Assembly (NCBI RefSeq): GCF_036321535.1
Contig: NC_087447.1
Location: forward strand, 52,082,001-52,146,000
Direction: 5' to 3'
Length of the DNA stretch: 64,000 nucleotides
Source of the DNA: Camelus dromedarius
Taxonomy: Eukaryota
Notes under the pieces: model-generated
Database searches by the model: none
Seen by the model: the letters and a program-made list of their open reading frames with translations, nothing else
Told to the model about the DNA's origin: nothing
In this document: in pieces, positions 1-14,010 of the stretch
Layout of the letters: each line of letters starts with the position of its first letter
Position numbering within the stretch: position 1 is the stretch's first letter
Program-made: the position numbers and the translations under genes

Positions 1-720
1 TCACTGCATTTCTCATCATATGTTCCGTTGTTTGTCTTCTGATTATTGATCTATAGGAGCTTCTTCTGTGTTCTGAACACTAATCCTTGGTCAGATATAC
101 GTTTCAAATACCTTCTCTTAGTCTGTGACTTATCTTTATGGTGTTTTTATTATACAGAAGTTCTTAATTTAAATAGAACAAAATATATCAATCTTTTCTT
201 TTATGGCTTTGGCTTTTGCATTATTAAGAAATCCTTCCCTGCTGTGAGGAATCCTAGATATTTACTTACAAAAAGTTAAAAGTTTTCCTTTTCACTTACT
301 GTTAATTCACTTAGAATGTATTTTTGGCTATGGTCACGACAGGGACCTCCATTTTTCTCCTGTGGATGCCTACTTATACCAATGTCACTGATCCATTTTT
401 CCCTATTATAATTTGCTACAACACATATGTCACATTTCAGGTATCTGCCACATTTCAAACATGTGCTCGAGTTTCTAAGGTTTTTGTTCCATTGGTCTAT
501 TTGTCTGTGCCTGTAGCAATACTGTACTGCCTTAATTCTGGTATCTGGCAAGGTGAATCACCCCCACCTCATCTCCACCCAGCACCCCCTCACCCCCCAT
601 TGTTGATGTCTTTCAGCAGTGTCCTAGCTATTCTTGGCCTTTTCCTTTTTTATATAAAATGTATGTGAAATTTAAAATTCTTTTAAAAAATCTTTTTTGG
701 GGTATTGATTGAAATTGTAT
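1..720 (-). mobile_element. Old L1 ORF2 3' fragment
   Basis: Degenerate KAVQYCYRHRQIDQWN peptide. Confidence 0.6.
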
Positions 721-2112
721 TTATGAGTTAACTTGAATATACCAAATTTTAAAATAAAAACGTTTGGGTGCTTAAAAAAAGAAATTATTCCCATAAACAG
801 AAGAATGGATAAATAAGTTGTATTTAATTAACATACTACTCTACAGCAATGGAAACAAGTAATGCCATAGCCAGCCAGAAAAATGACTCTCACAAACATA
901 AAATTGAGCAAAAAAAAAAAAATACACAAAAGAATACATACTGCATGATTCATTTATATAAAATATACAAATAGGCAAAACTAATCTATAGTGATAGAAG
1001 CCAGAAATGTAGTTAACTCGGGGCAGAAAATGGGAGATATCATGAGAAAGGCTTCTGCAATGTGGTATTTATTATTCTATTTCAAGTTTTGGAAGGGAAA
1101 TAGATACTTGGGTGTGTTTACTATGTAAATTGTATAATTTGTACACTTGTACATTACTAAACTTCAATTAAACGTTGTTTAAAATGTTTCATTGATTGTA
1201 TTATGTTCATTATGCAGTAAGCAGAGTGAACAAATTATGATCAAATTTATAATCAGATCTGGATTAAATCTTGGCTCTGCCAAATATTAACCAGGTCACT
1301 ATGGGCAAGGACATTCCCTCTCAGAGGTAAGGGATAACTTACTTCTTTGAAATAAAGATAGTAATACTTGCTCAAAAGATCGTCAAAATGAGTAACCAAG
1401 ATAATATATTAGGCATTCAATAAACTAGGACTATAGAATTATTACGTCCTAAGAATGGGTAGTTTTATTATCCCCTTTATAGATACGGTAACTGAGTGTT
1501 TAAGTAGTTTACCCATGATTCCTCAGCTGATAAATAGCAAACACTAGAATGCAAGTCCAAGTTGTTTGGATCCAGAGTTTTTCTTCTTAATCACTATGTG
1601 GATGCCACAGAAGCAGAAATCCTTGTTGTTTTGTTTACTGATAATTCCAAATGCCTAAGAGTTCTGGCAAATTATATGGTAGTACTCTTAGTTAAAATAA
1701 ATAGTATTTTTCATTAAACTAAAATTCAAAAATAAAATAAAATGACAAGTTACCTGGCTTTAATTGAACTGTTCTAGCAAAGTAATATGCTCTGCTATTT
1801 TAATATGATGTTGCCATTAATAATTTTATTTAGTCTGTAGGAAGTGAACTATATAAATTTTTTGAATGATCATCTAATTTTCCTGCCACCTTGTGGTGGC
1901 ATATACATATTACAAAGAGAGATATTTTTATAAAAAACAAATAAATCCCCTTTGAGAGCTGAATCTGTACAAGATAGCTTTGAGGTGGTGGCTATGAAGC
2001 AGATGGTTCTCCTCTAAAAAGTATCCAGAGCATCATGAACTGCATTGTAGGGGGAAGACATGACAGAGATTTGGTAAAGAATTTATAAACCATCTTGACA
2101 TAGAAATCCAAG

Positions 2113-4914
2113 TTATCCTTCTCAAACTCTCACAAAAAAATAGAAAAGGAGGGAACACTTCCAAACTCAAATTACAAAGTCAGCATTATCCTAATTCCAA
2201 AACCAGATGAGGATACTACAAGAACAGAAAGTTATATGCCAATATCCCTGATGATTATAGATGCAAAAGTCCTCAAGAGGGAATATTAGCAAACCAAATT
2301 CAACAATGCATTAAAAGGATCATACACCATGATCAAGTGTATTTATCCCTGGGATGCTAGTACGGTTCAACATACACAAATCAATCAACATGATACACTG
2401 CATTAACAAAATGAAGGATAAAAAATATGATCTTCTCAATAGATGCAGAAAAAGCATTTGACAATATTCAACATCCATTCCTGACAAAAACTCTCAACAA
2501 ACTGTGTACAGAAGGAATGTTCCTCAACATAGTAAGGGCCATGTATGACAAGCCCACAGCCAACATCACACTCAACAGTAGAAAACTGAAGGTGTACAAT
2601 CAGGAACAAGACCAGGATGTCTACTCTCGCCATTTTTATTCAACATAGTATTACAAGTTCTAGCAAGAAAAAATTGGGCAAGAAAAAGAAATAAAAAAGG
2701 CATTTCAAATTGGAAAAGAAGAAGTAAAACCGTCTCTATTTGCAGGTCACATGATTTTTATATAGAAAACCTTAAGGATACCACCAAAAAACACAACTAA
2801 TACACAATCTCAATACAGCTGCAGGATACAAAAGCAATTTACAAAAATCAGTTGCCTCTTTATATACCAACCATAAACTATCAGAAAGAGAAATAAAGAA
2901 AACAGTCCCATTTACAATTGAATCAAAAAGAGTAAAATACCTAGGAATAAATTTAACCAAGAAGGTGAAAGACCTGTACACTGAAAAGTATGAGATGCTG
3001 ATGAAAGAAATTGAAGGCACAAATAAATGAAAGGTATTCCATGATCATGGATGGGAAGAATACTGTTAAAATGTCCATACTACTCAAAGCAATCTACAGA
3101 TTCAATGTAGTCCCTATCAAAATTCCAGTGCCATTTTTCACAGAAATAGAATAAATAATTCTAAAATTTGTATGGAATCACAAAAGACTCAAAGTAGCCA
3201 AAGAAATCTTGAGAAAGAAGAAAGCTGGAGGCACTAGGCCTCCTGATTTCAAACTATATTGCAAAGTTATAGTAATCAAAATAGTATGGTATTGGCATAA
3301 AAACATTAGACACATAAGCCAATGGAACAGCATAGTGTCTAGAAATAAATCCGAGCATATACGGCCAATTAATTTATGACAAAGTTGCCAAGAATATACA
3401 ATGGGGAGAGGACAGTCTCTTTAATAAATGGTATTGGGAAATCTGGATGGCCACACCCAAAAGGATAAAACAAGACCTCTGTCTTACACTATAAACAAAA
3501 ATCAACTCAGAATGGATTAAAGACTTAAACATAGATTGGAAACTATAAAACTCCTATAAGAAAACATAGGTAGCAGGCTCCTTGACATCTGCCTCGGTGA
3601 TGATTTTTTTTGGATTTGTCAAGAAAAGCAAAAATAAACAAGTGGGATTATGCCAAATTACAAAGCTTCTGTCCAGCAAAGGAAGCCATCAAGAGTATGA
3701 AAAAGCAACCTATGCAGTGGAAATGTTTGCAAATCATGTATCTGATAAGAGGTTAATATTCAAAATATGTGACACACTCATACAACTCAGGAAAACAAAC
3801 AAACAATACAATTAAAAAATGGGCAGAGGATCTGAATAGATATTTTTCTAAAGAGAACATCCAAATGGCCATCAGGGACATGAAAAGGTTGCTTAACAAC
3901 ACTAATTGTCAGAGAAATTAAAATCAAAACCACAATGAGATATCACCTCATACCTCTTATTATGGCTATTATCAAAAAATAGGAAATAAGTGTTGGTGGG
4001 ATTGTGGAGAAAAGGCAACCCTTGTGCAGTGTTGGTGGGAAGGTAAATTGCTGTAGCTACTATGGAAAACACTATAAAAGTTTCTCAAAAAATGAGAAAT
4101 AGAACTACCATATGATTCATCAGTTCCACTTCTGGACATCTATCTGAAGGAAACAAAGACACTAAGTTGAAAAGACATCTGAACACCCATGTTCATTGCA
4201 GCATTATTTACAACAGTCAAGACACAGAAACAACCTAAGTGTCCATAAACAGATGAATGAATAAAGCAAATGCAGCACACACACACATACACATATGTAT
4301 ATACACACAATGGAGTATTGTTCAGTCATAAAAAAGGAAATGTTGCCATTTGTGACAACACAGATGGACCTCGTGGGGATTAAGTGAAATCAGACAAAGA
4401 AAGACAAATGCTATATGATCTCACTTATAGGTGGAATCTAAAACACACACACACACACATTCATAGACACAAAGAACATATTGGTATTGGTTGGTGGTTG
4501 CCAGAGGTAGGAGGTAGGGAATGTGTCAAATGGGTGAAGGTGGTCATAAGGTACAAACTTTTAGTTATGAGATGAATAAGTTCTGGGGTATAATGTACAA
4601 CATGGTGACTATAATTAAAAATACTGTATTGTATATTTGAAAGTTGCTAAGAAAGTAGTTCTAAGTTCACAAGAAATAAAATCTGTAACTGTGTGGTGAT
4701 GGATGCTAACTTATTGCAGTAATTAATCATTCTGTAATATAAACCTGTATCAAATCATTATGCTGTACACCTAAACATGACACACTATTCTATGCCAACT
4801 GTACTTCAATTAAAAAAGATACTAAGAAAACAAACAAATTTAACCCATAATGCAGCTAAAATGTAATAATACACTGGCAATAAAAAATATTCTTAGAAAT
4901 GAAAACAAAACAAA
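2113..4914 (+). mobile_element. 5'-truncated LINE-1 with an about 100-bp 3' transduction
   Basis: Degenerate ORF2 (SIDAEKAFD...) through the 3'UTR ending near 4817; extra sequence with AATAAA (4879-4884) and an A-rich tail; TSD AGAAATCCAAG at 2102-2112 and 4915-4925. Confidence 0.9.
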
Positions 4915-5681
4915 AGAAATCCAAGGTTAAAATCTGCTCTTTAGGAAACCAGCAGAAGCTGAAAGGACTGCTAATTATATACTCCTCCCACCTGAAGTAG
5001 AAAGAGAAAATGAATTGTGAATATGAACTTTCATTCCACCCAGGGGCTGGAAGTTGAAAGTGATTATAATCTGGGTCTGAGAACAACTTGTTCTCACTTT
5101 TTTATTTTTTGAGCATTTAGCGGCGGGAGACTTTGTGATGCCAGTAGAGGAATTTTTTCTGTACAGTCACCTATAGAAAAATCAATGCTCTCTAATAGAG
5201 CCTGCTAGTAACCTCATGTTAACATTCACCAAAGAGATATATATGATGAGCTACTAATGAATATAGCCCAGGAAGAAGTCAGTTTTAGAGTCCCTACCAG
5301 AGTACTGTCCTATACTTAACTTCTTCCCCTTCTTTGGAAAGTCACTACTGATATAGATTAGTAAGTGATTTTACACAGAAGAAATAAAATGATTCATAAT
5401 AATAATGTTAATACCAATAATTACCATTCACTATGTTAAAGGCTTTAGACATATTATCTCATTTAATTCTTTCAACCACTCTAATCATCTACTATTTAAA
5501 AAATATGTGCCAGGTACTCTTATAAATGCTGCAGATACAAAAGTGAACAAACTAGACAAAACCCCCTGTCATCATAGAGCATAACTTCTAGGGGTAGAGA
5601 CAGACAGTAAGTGCCTAAATGTCTTAGGTTGTTTTCAGTGCTATGGAGAAGCAGCAGGGGAAGGGGTTAGAGAGCGTTGGG

Positions 5682-5792
5682 GAGAATTACAAATTTATAT
5701 AGTCACTGAGGAAGATCTTTCGGGAAGGTAACACCTGAAGAATTACAAATTAATATAGTCACTGAGGAAGATCTTTTGGGAAGGTAACACCT
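5682..5792. repeat. Tandem duplication, about 55 bp x2
   Basis: agaattacaaatt(t/a)atatagtcactgaggaagatcttt(c/t)gggaaggtaacacct occurs twice. Confidence 0.9.
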
Positions 5793-8554
5793 TTTAAGCT
5801 ATAAGGATATGTGAAGGAAGAGGGTTCTAGGCAAAAGAAAAAGCAGGTGCAAAAGAAAGTATGAAATAATTATCTAGGAGAGTGGAAGAGTGAATGCGCT
5901 AGGGAGAGATGTTATGACTGGTACATTGCTTTAGGGAGTTCTCTTGTGGGGCAGTGGTCACTTCCATACCCTTTACCTGGATTTATCGATTGCTAATATT
6001 TCACCATATTTACTCTACTGCACTCTGAATGTGTGCATTATACGTATATACTATACACACTATATATATGTATAATTTTTCCTCAGCCATTTCAGAGTTG
6101 TAGACATGCTCCTTTATCCCCAAATCATACATTATTTATTTCCTAAGAACAAGGGTCTTTTCTTATTTAACCACAATATAATGATCAAATTCAGAAAATG
6201 TAGGATTAACTAATACTATCTTACAATATACAATTCATTTTTCAGATTATAATCATTGTCCCAATACTGTCATTTATATCAGTTTCCCTGTCTGACCCAG
6301 GATCCAATCCCATATTACATGTGGCATTCAGTTGTCGTGTCCTTTCTTCTCAAATTAGCCAGAGTTCACCTCTGCTGTTTATAACCAAAGAATCTTAATG
6401 ATACAGCTTCTATCTGTTTACAACCAAAGAACCTTTATGACATAACAAGTTGTATCATTTAATCCTAATCAACTCTTCCAGAGAGGTACTAAAATCTGTT
6501 TTACAGATCAGTATGATGAAACTCAGAAACTTAGGAGACTTGTCCACGATGACACAGTAAGTTCTAGAGCCAGGATGTGGATTCAAATCTTTTTCTTCAC
6601 TCCCAAGCCCCTGCTTACTCCATTGCAGGCCTGGCAGATATTAATAAACCACAACCCCCTGCAGTTTTACAGGCCAGTGTGGGAGAGACAGACAAATAAC
6701 TAGAATAGATGGCAGTAAGTCCCAACCACAGAAATGTGTACAGGGTATAGATGGAACATCGTCAGTGAACTTATTTCAAGTACGACAAGAGACAGCGTCA
6801 GGGCTTCAACAGCAGTAGCAGGACACAAATTCAGTTTTCTTTCTTGATGCCAGCTGGGTGTCTGTAGATTGTATATCTACTGTCCAAAGCATGATTAACA
6901 TAAGTGCTGATCAGCTAGTGTCCAACACACACTCAGGAGGTGCTATGTTTAGTTGGCTAACATTATTAACTTTGACACCTGCTAATGCAACATTACCTCC
7001 TGAATGTCAGGGACCCATGTAGTTCCTACATCATTTCAGTTCTTTGCTGGCCATTCTGATGAATGCTGACATTACCCAGTGCTGACATTTAGCTGCAACA
7101 TACTGCAATGTTCCTAATCTGTTACCTCTGCTTAAAATCTGTCTTGTTTAGTTTGATAGTTTTAAAATATTGACATTATAAAAGGAGTTCTGAAGGTAAA
7201 AGTATCTCACCCCTTCAAGAAATCTAGAGCCCTTTCCCTTCTCTTTTTGTAAAAAGTCAAATGAAAAATAAGCATGAGGTGGGAGGAAAACTGGAGCTAC
7301 AAAATCAGAGCAAATAACATCTCCCGTTTTGTGGCTTCAGTTCAGAACCTGGTGACAAAGAGGAAATACACAAAAGCCAGGAGCTCAGATGGCATTGAGG
7401 GAGCTGAGGCTTGGAACAATTATGAGTAGTTTCAGAGTAACAGGGAGGTGCTAGCAAATCAATGGACCCCTGTGCTCAGTCAGGGGGCTGGCTGAGCATT
7501 TGCTGGGGACCCCAAGAGGGATGTGAGCAGTCTATGAAGGAGAAGAACTGGAGAAGTATGCTGTGATATCTGTTATTGATAAGAGTATTTAATTTGTATT
7601 TAGTAAAAAGATTGTAATACTTAACTTTCATGTTAAGTTGTTCATAAGTAACTTACATAAGTAGGGGCTGAAGTAATGTTGAATTGGATTAAGCTGAGAG
7701 TGGGTAAGACTAGTCTACACAGAAAGACCTACATTATTTGTGGCTCTTGGGATACATCCTCAGCCTAAGCTATCCTGAACAGGGACAACTTGTGACCTTC
7801 CACCAACAACTGAAAGCCTTGTCAAGGGGGTTAACTGATTTACTAAACGTCTGCTGAACAGTTGTTGTGGACCAGACTTTGTCTTAGGGGCACGGACATA
7901 AACAAAGACATCTTTGTTTCTATCTTTAAGGGAGCTCACAATGATTACTGCTGGCTAGCCATTCTACCACTCCCTCCTCTCTCAGTTCATCCGTGGAAGT
8001 TTCAAAATTTAAAAGCACAGAACATCAGCATCAGAATAAACTCCTGAGATCATTTTCTGCATCCCCCTGCTTTTGGTAGGACCACTCCAAATTCACCCTA
8101 CATGATAAAGGGGCATATATACTCCTTTTTAAACATCTCCTAAGGTAACAATGAATTCACTGTGTGATCTAGCCTAGGGTCTCACAACGTACAGTGTGGA
8201 ATTCTTTCCACAGAATGACAACATTGGTGCAATGATCACAGCAACCACTATTTATCGTGCATGCGGTTATGTGCCAGTTCCTGTGCAAGACACTCTACGT
8301 ATCTAATCTCAATTCAAATTCACAATTCTGTAAGGTAAGTACATTGTCCCCAATTATATCTGGGAAAACTGAAGATCAAGAAGTTAAGTGGCTTGCCCAA
8401 GGTCACATATCTAGCAGGTGGCAGAACTGGCTCTCAATCCCAGGGTAGTCCAACTCCAGAATGCACCAAACTGCAGTACTCTTTCTTCTCATCTGTGGTA
8501 GATGTACTTCTCAACTCGTCTCCCTAACACACTCCCTGATCATTGTATCAAAAG

Positions 8555-11205
8555 CATGAACTAGAGGGAACACTCCTGAAGTTGTTCTATGAAACCTCCA
8601 TCACTCTGATACCAAGACTAGACAAAGACACCATCAAAAAAGAAAATTACAGACCACTATCTTTGATGAATACAGACGTAAAAATGCTCAACAAAGTATT
8701 AGCAAACTGAATCCAATAGCACATAAAAAGGATCACACACCATGAAGTTTGATTCATTCCAGGGTCATAAGGATGGTTCAATATACAAAAATCAGTGTGA
8801 TTCATCATATCGCCCAAAGAAAAGACAAAAACCACATGATCATCTCAGCAGTTGCAGAAAAAGCATCTGATGAAATTCAATATCCATTCATGATAAAAAC
8901 TCTCACCTAAGTGGCAAAGAGGAAACATATCTCAACATAAAAGCCATTTATGACAAACCCACAGCCAACATAATTCTCAACAGTGAAAAGTTGAAAGTCT
9001 TCCTGCTAAATTCCAGAAGACAAAGATGCCCACTCTCACCACTTCTATCTGATATAGTATAGAAGTCCTAGCTACAGCAATCAGACAGGAAAAAGAAATT
9101 TAAAAAGTACCCAAATTGGAAGGGAAGAGGTACAATTGTTGTTATATGCAGATGACATGATACTCCATATAGAAAACCCTAGAAACTCCACACAAAAACT
9201 ATTAGAACTAATAAATGAGTTCATCAAGGTAGCAGGATCAAGATTAATATACAGAAACCTATTGCATTTCTTTACACTACCAATGAATTAGAAAAAGAAA
9301 GTAAAAAAAAAATCCTGTTTATATTCACCTCAAAAAAAAAACAAAAAAACAAAAAACAAAACCCTAGGAATGAAGTTGACCAAGGAGGTGAAAGACTTGC
9401 ATGTTGGTAACTATAAAACATTGATAAAGGAAACTGAAGATGACACAAGGAAACAGGAAGCTATTCCATGCTCTTGGATTGGAAGACTTAATCTTGTTAA
9501 AATGGCCATACCACCCAAAGCCTTCTACAGATTTAATGTAATCCCTATCAAATTACCCATGACATTTTTCACAGAACTAGAAGAAATAATCCTAAAATCC
9601 ATATGAAGCCACAAAAGACCCAGAAATGCCTAAGCAATCCTGAGGAAAAAGAACAAAGCTGGGGAGGCATACCCCTCCCAGACTTCAGAAAATACTACAA
9701 AGCTACAGTAATCAAAAGTGTGGTATTGGCACAAAAACAGGCATATAGATCAATGGAGCAGAACAGAGAGCCCAGAAGTAAATCCACATAACTACAGTCA
9801 ATCTTTGAAAAAGGAGGCAAGAATATACAATGAAGAAAAGACAGCTGCTTCAATAAGTAGTGTTGGGAAAGCTGGACAGCCACACGTATATCAGTGAAGT
9901 CAAAACACTCTCTCACACCATATACAAAAATAAACTCAAAATGGCTTAAAAGACCTAAACATAGACATGATACCATAAAACTCCTAGAAGAGAACATAGG
10001 CAAAACATTCTCTGACATAAATCATATCAGTATCTTCTTAGATCAGCCTCCTAAGGCAAAAGAAATAAAAGCAAAAATAAGCAAATGAGACCTAATAAAA
10101 CTTACAAGCTTTTGCACAGCAAAAGAAACCATAGGCAAACAAGACAACAACCTACAGAATAGGAGAAAATATTTGCAAATGATGCAACTGACAAAGGTTT
10201 AATTTCCAGAATATATAAATAGCTCATACAACTTAATAACAAAAAACCAAACAACCTAATACAAAAATGAGCAGAAGATCTAAACGAGCAATTCTCCAGT
10301 GAAGACATGCAAATGGCCAATAGGCACATGAAAAAATGTTCAATATCGCTAATTATCAGAGAAAGGCAAATCAAAACAACAATGAGGTATCACCTCACAC
10401 CAGTCAGAATGGCCATCATTCAAAAGTCCACAAATGATAAATGCTGGAGAGGGTGTGGAGAAAAGGGAACCATCCTACGCTATTGGTGGGAATGTAGTTT
10501 GATGCAGCCATTATGGAAAACAGTATGGAGATTCCTCAAAACTAAAAACAGACTTACCATATGATCCAGCAATCCCACTCCTGGGCACATATCCAGAAGG
10601 AACTCCAATTCAAAAAGATACATGCACCCCAAAGTTCATAGCAGCACTAAATACAATAGCCAAGACATGGAAACAACCTAAATGTCTACCAACAGAGGAC
10701 TCGATAAAGAAGTTGTGGTATATTTATACAAAGGAATACTACTCAGCCATAAAAAAGAATAAAGTAATGCCACTTGCAGCAACATGGATGGACCTGGAGA
10801 TTGTAATTCTAAGTTAAGTAAGCCAGAAAGAGAAAGAAAAATACCATATGATATCACTCATATGTGGAATCTATAAAAAGAAAAAAGAAGACATGAACTC
10901 ATCTACAAAACAGAAACAGACTTGCAGACATAGTAAACAATCTTACGGTTACCGGGGAAAGGAAGTAGGAAGGAATAAATTTTGGAGTTTGAGATTTGCA
11001 AATATTAACTACTGTATATAAAAATAGATAAAAAAGAAATTTCTTCTGTATGGCACAAGGAACTATATTCAATATTTTGTAATAATCTTTAATGAAAAAG
11101 AATATGAAAACAAATATACATATGTATATGTAGGACTGGGACATTATGCTGTACACCAGAGCTTGACACATCGTAACTGACTATACTTCAATAAAAAGGA
11201 AAAAA
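8555..11205 (+). mobile_element. 5'-truncated LINE-1 (RT to 3' end)
   Basis: Fragmented ORF2 peptides (YADDM near 9145, [10 protein letters not shown]) and an L1 3'UTR ending ctatacttcaataaaa. Confidence 0.9.
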
Positions 11206-11209
11206 CCCC

Positions 11210-12334
11210 AAAACAAATGGAACCCAATTAAACTTTAAGCTTTTGCACAGCAAAGGAAATCATAAACAAAATAAAAAGACAACTTACAGACTGGGAGAAA
11301 ATATTTGCAAACTATATGACTGACAAGGGCTTAATTTCCAAAACAGACAAACAGCTCATACAAGTCACTGTCTAAAGAACAAACAACCCAATCAAAAAAT
11401 GGGCCGAAGACCTAAATATACATTTCTCCAAAGATATACAGATGGCCAGCAGGCACATAAAAGATGCTCAACACTGCTAATTATTAGAGAAATGCAAATC
11501 AAAACTGTAGTGAGGTATCACCGCACACCTGTCAGAACGGCCACCATCAAAAAGTCTACAAATAATAAATGCTGAAGATGATGTGGAGAAAAAGGAACCC
11601 TCTTACACTACTGGTGGGAATGCAACTGGGTTCAGCTACTATGGAAAACAGCATGGAGGTTCCTTAAAAAACTAAAAACAGAGTTAACTATATGATCCAG
11701 CATTCCCACTCCTGGGCATATATCCAGAAAAGATGAAAACTCTAATTCAAAAAGATACATGCACCCCAATGTTCATAGTGTCACTATGTACAATAGTCAA
11801 GATGTGGAAGCAACCTAAATGTCCATCAACAGATAAATGCATAAAGAAAATGTGAACAATGGATTATTACTCAGCCATAAAAGAATGAAATATTGCCATC
11901 TGTACCTACATGGATGGACCTAGAGATTATCATACTAAGTGAAGTAAGTTAAAAAAAGACAAATATTATATAATATCACTTATATGTGGAATCTAAAAGA
12001 TAATACAAATGAACTTATTTACAAAATAGAAGCAGACTCACAGACATTGAAAACAAACATGGCTACCAAAGGGGAAGGTGGGGCGTGGGGAGGGAAAAAT
12101 TAGGAGTATGGGATTAACAGATACACACTACAATACATAAAATAGATAAACAACAAAGATTTACTGCATAGCACAGGGAACTATATTTAATATCTTGTAA
12201 CAACCTATAATAGAAAAGAATGTGAAAAAGTAAATGTATTATGTATATATATACGTGTATAGCTCTGAATCACTTTGCTGTGTACTTGAAATGAACACAA
12301 TATTGTAAATCAACTATAGTTCAATTTAAAAAAA
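11210..12334 (+). mobile_element. LINE-1 3' fragment in tandem with the preceding L1
   Basis: Starts at the KW..IKL.SFCTAKE region and runs to the 3'UTR and A tail. Confidence 0.88.
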
Positions 12335-13539
12335 TGTGTGTGTGGACTGGAGTTCTGAAGGTGGATGCCAAGTGTGGGCAGTGTGGGTGGGCGTGGCCCA
12401 GGAAGGAGGGAGACTATAACAAAAGAGTCCAGTTTCAGACCCAAAAGCCTCCAATGTGACACACATGTCGTCCCCATCACATCCCTGTTATACTTGTGAA
12501 GCTGTACACTGATTTCTGTGACACTGAGATCACTTACCACTTTTATACAATTTCTCTGTCTAAATTGTTTGAGGGTGTCCCTGTCCTCAAGTGTTACTTC
12601 AACAATAGCAAACATTCACTGGAGGGCCCCCTCTGGGCCAGCTCCAAAACTGGCAATGGAAACACAGACCTTGGTTAGTCTACTCTGGCAAAGTGGTTAG
12701 GAGCATGGACTTCAGAGGCAAATTAACTTCAAATCCTGACACTGCTACTTATTAGCTCTGTGATCGTGGGCAAGTCACTTAACCTCTCTGTGCTTCAAAT
12801 TCCTTAACCATGATAAAGGAATAACGTTTTCCAGTCAGAGCAGGACGATAACGGCATCGATTTAAAAAAATTTTTTTAAACAGCTTTGAGTTGAAAACAA
12901 CAAACAACATAAATTTAAAGTATACAACTTGACAAGTTCTGACATATCTATACACCCATGAAACCTTTACAAACGTCAAGATAGTGAATATATCACCCCT
13001 AAAAGTTTTCTCATGACCTTATACAATCAAGTCCCCTCTCACATCCTTTTCCATCACCACTCCCTTCGCCCTGCTTACAACCAAAGAGACGCTGATTTGA
13101 AAAGCTAAGATTTATTAGAGAACTGATCTTTAATAATTATGTAATGCCCCCTTTATCCCTGATAAGTTTCTTTGCTCTCAAGTTGGCTTTGTCTAAAACT
13201 AATGTAGCTACTCGAGTTTTCTTTTGATTAGCATCTACATGGTATGTCTTTCTCCATCCCTTTATTTTTCACCTGTGTCTTTATATTTAAAGTGAATTTC
13301 TCGTAGACAACATATACTTGGGTCTTGTTCTCTATACATTCTGACAGTCTGTCTTTTCTTTGATGCACTTGGAACAAATTGAAAGTGATTATTGATATAA
13401 TTGGTTTAATACCTCCCATACTTATAACTATTTTCCATTTGTTTCTCTTGTTCTTTGTCTGTCTTCCACTCTTATAACATTGCTGTAAATCACTTCACTT
13501 ATCTATAGGCTATAATCACTGAATACATTATTGATATTA

Positions 13540-14010
13540 CAGACATATCTCATTTTATTGCGCTTCAGCGATCGTGTTTTTTACAAATTGAAGGTTAGTG
13601 GCAATCCTTTGTTGAGCAAGTCTATCAGGGCCACTTTCCCAGCAGCATTTGTTTGCCTTCTGTCTCTGTGCCCTATTTTGGTAATTCTCACAATATTTCA
13701 CAATTTTCACTACTACTATATTTGTTACGGTGATGTGTGATCAGTGACTGCTGACGTTACTACCACAACTCGCTGAAGGCTCAGATGATGGTTGGCGTTT
13801 CTTAGCAATAAAGTATTTTTTAATTAAGGTATGTACATTTTCTGAACATAATGCTACAGCACATTTAGCGCTGCACTTACACAGTACAGCATAAACATAA
13901 CTTCCTTAAACACTGGGAAGCCAAAAAACTCCTGAGACTCACTTTACTGTCATACCCACTTTGTGACGGTGGTCTGGGACTGAAGCTGCACTATTTCTGA
14001 GGTACACCTC
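13540..14010 (+). mobile_element. Tigger1-derived non-autonomous DNA transposon (internally deleted)
   Basis: Both Tigger1-like ends (cagacatatctcattttattgcgcttc... and ...tttctgaggtacacctc) flanked by TA; matches the Tigger1 consensus as recalled. Confidence 0.85.

Noticed and set aside
5682..5792. CRISPR-like repeat
   Set aside because: Only two adjacent copies with no spacer, in eukaryotic DNA.
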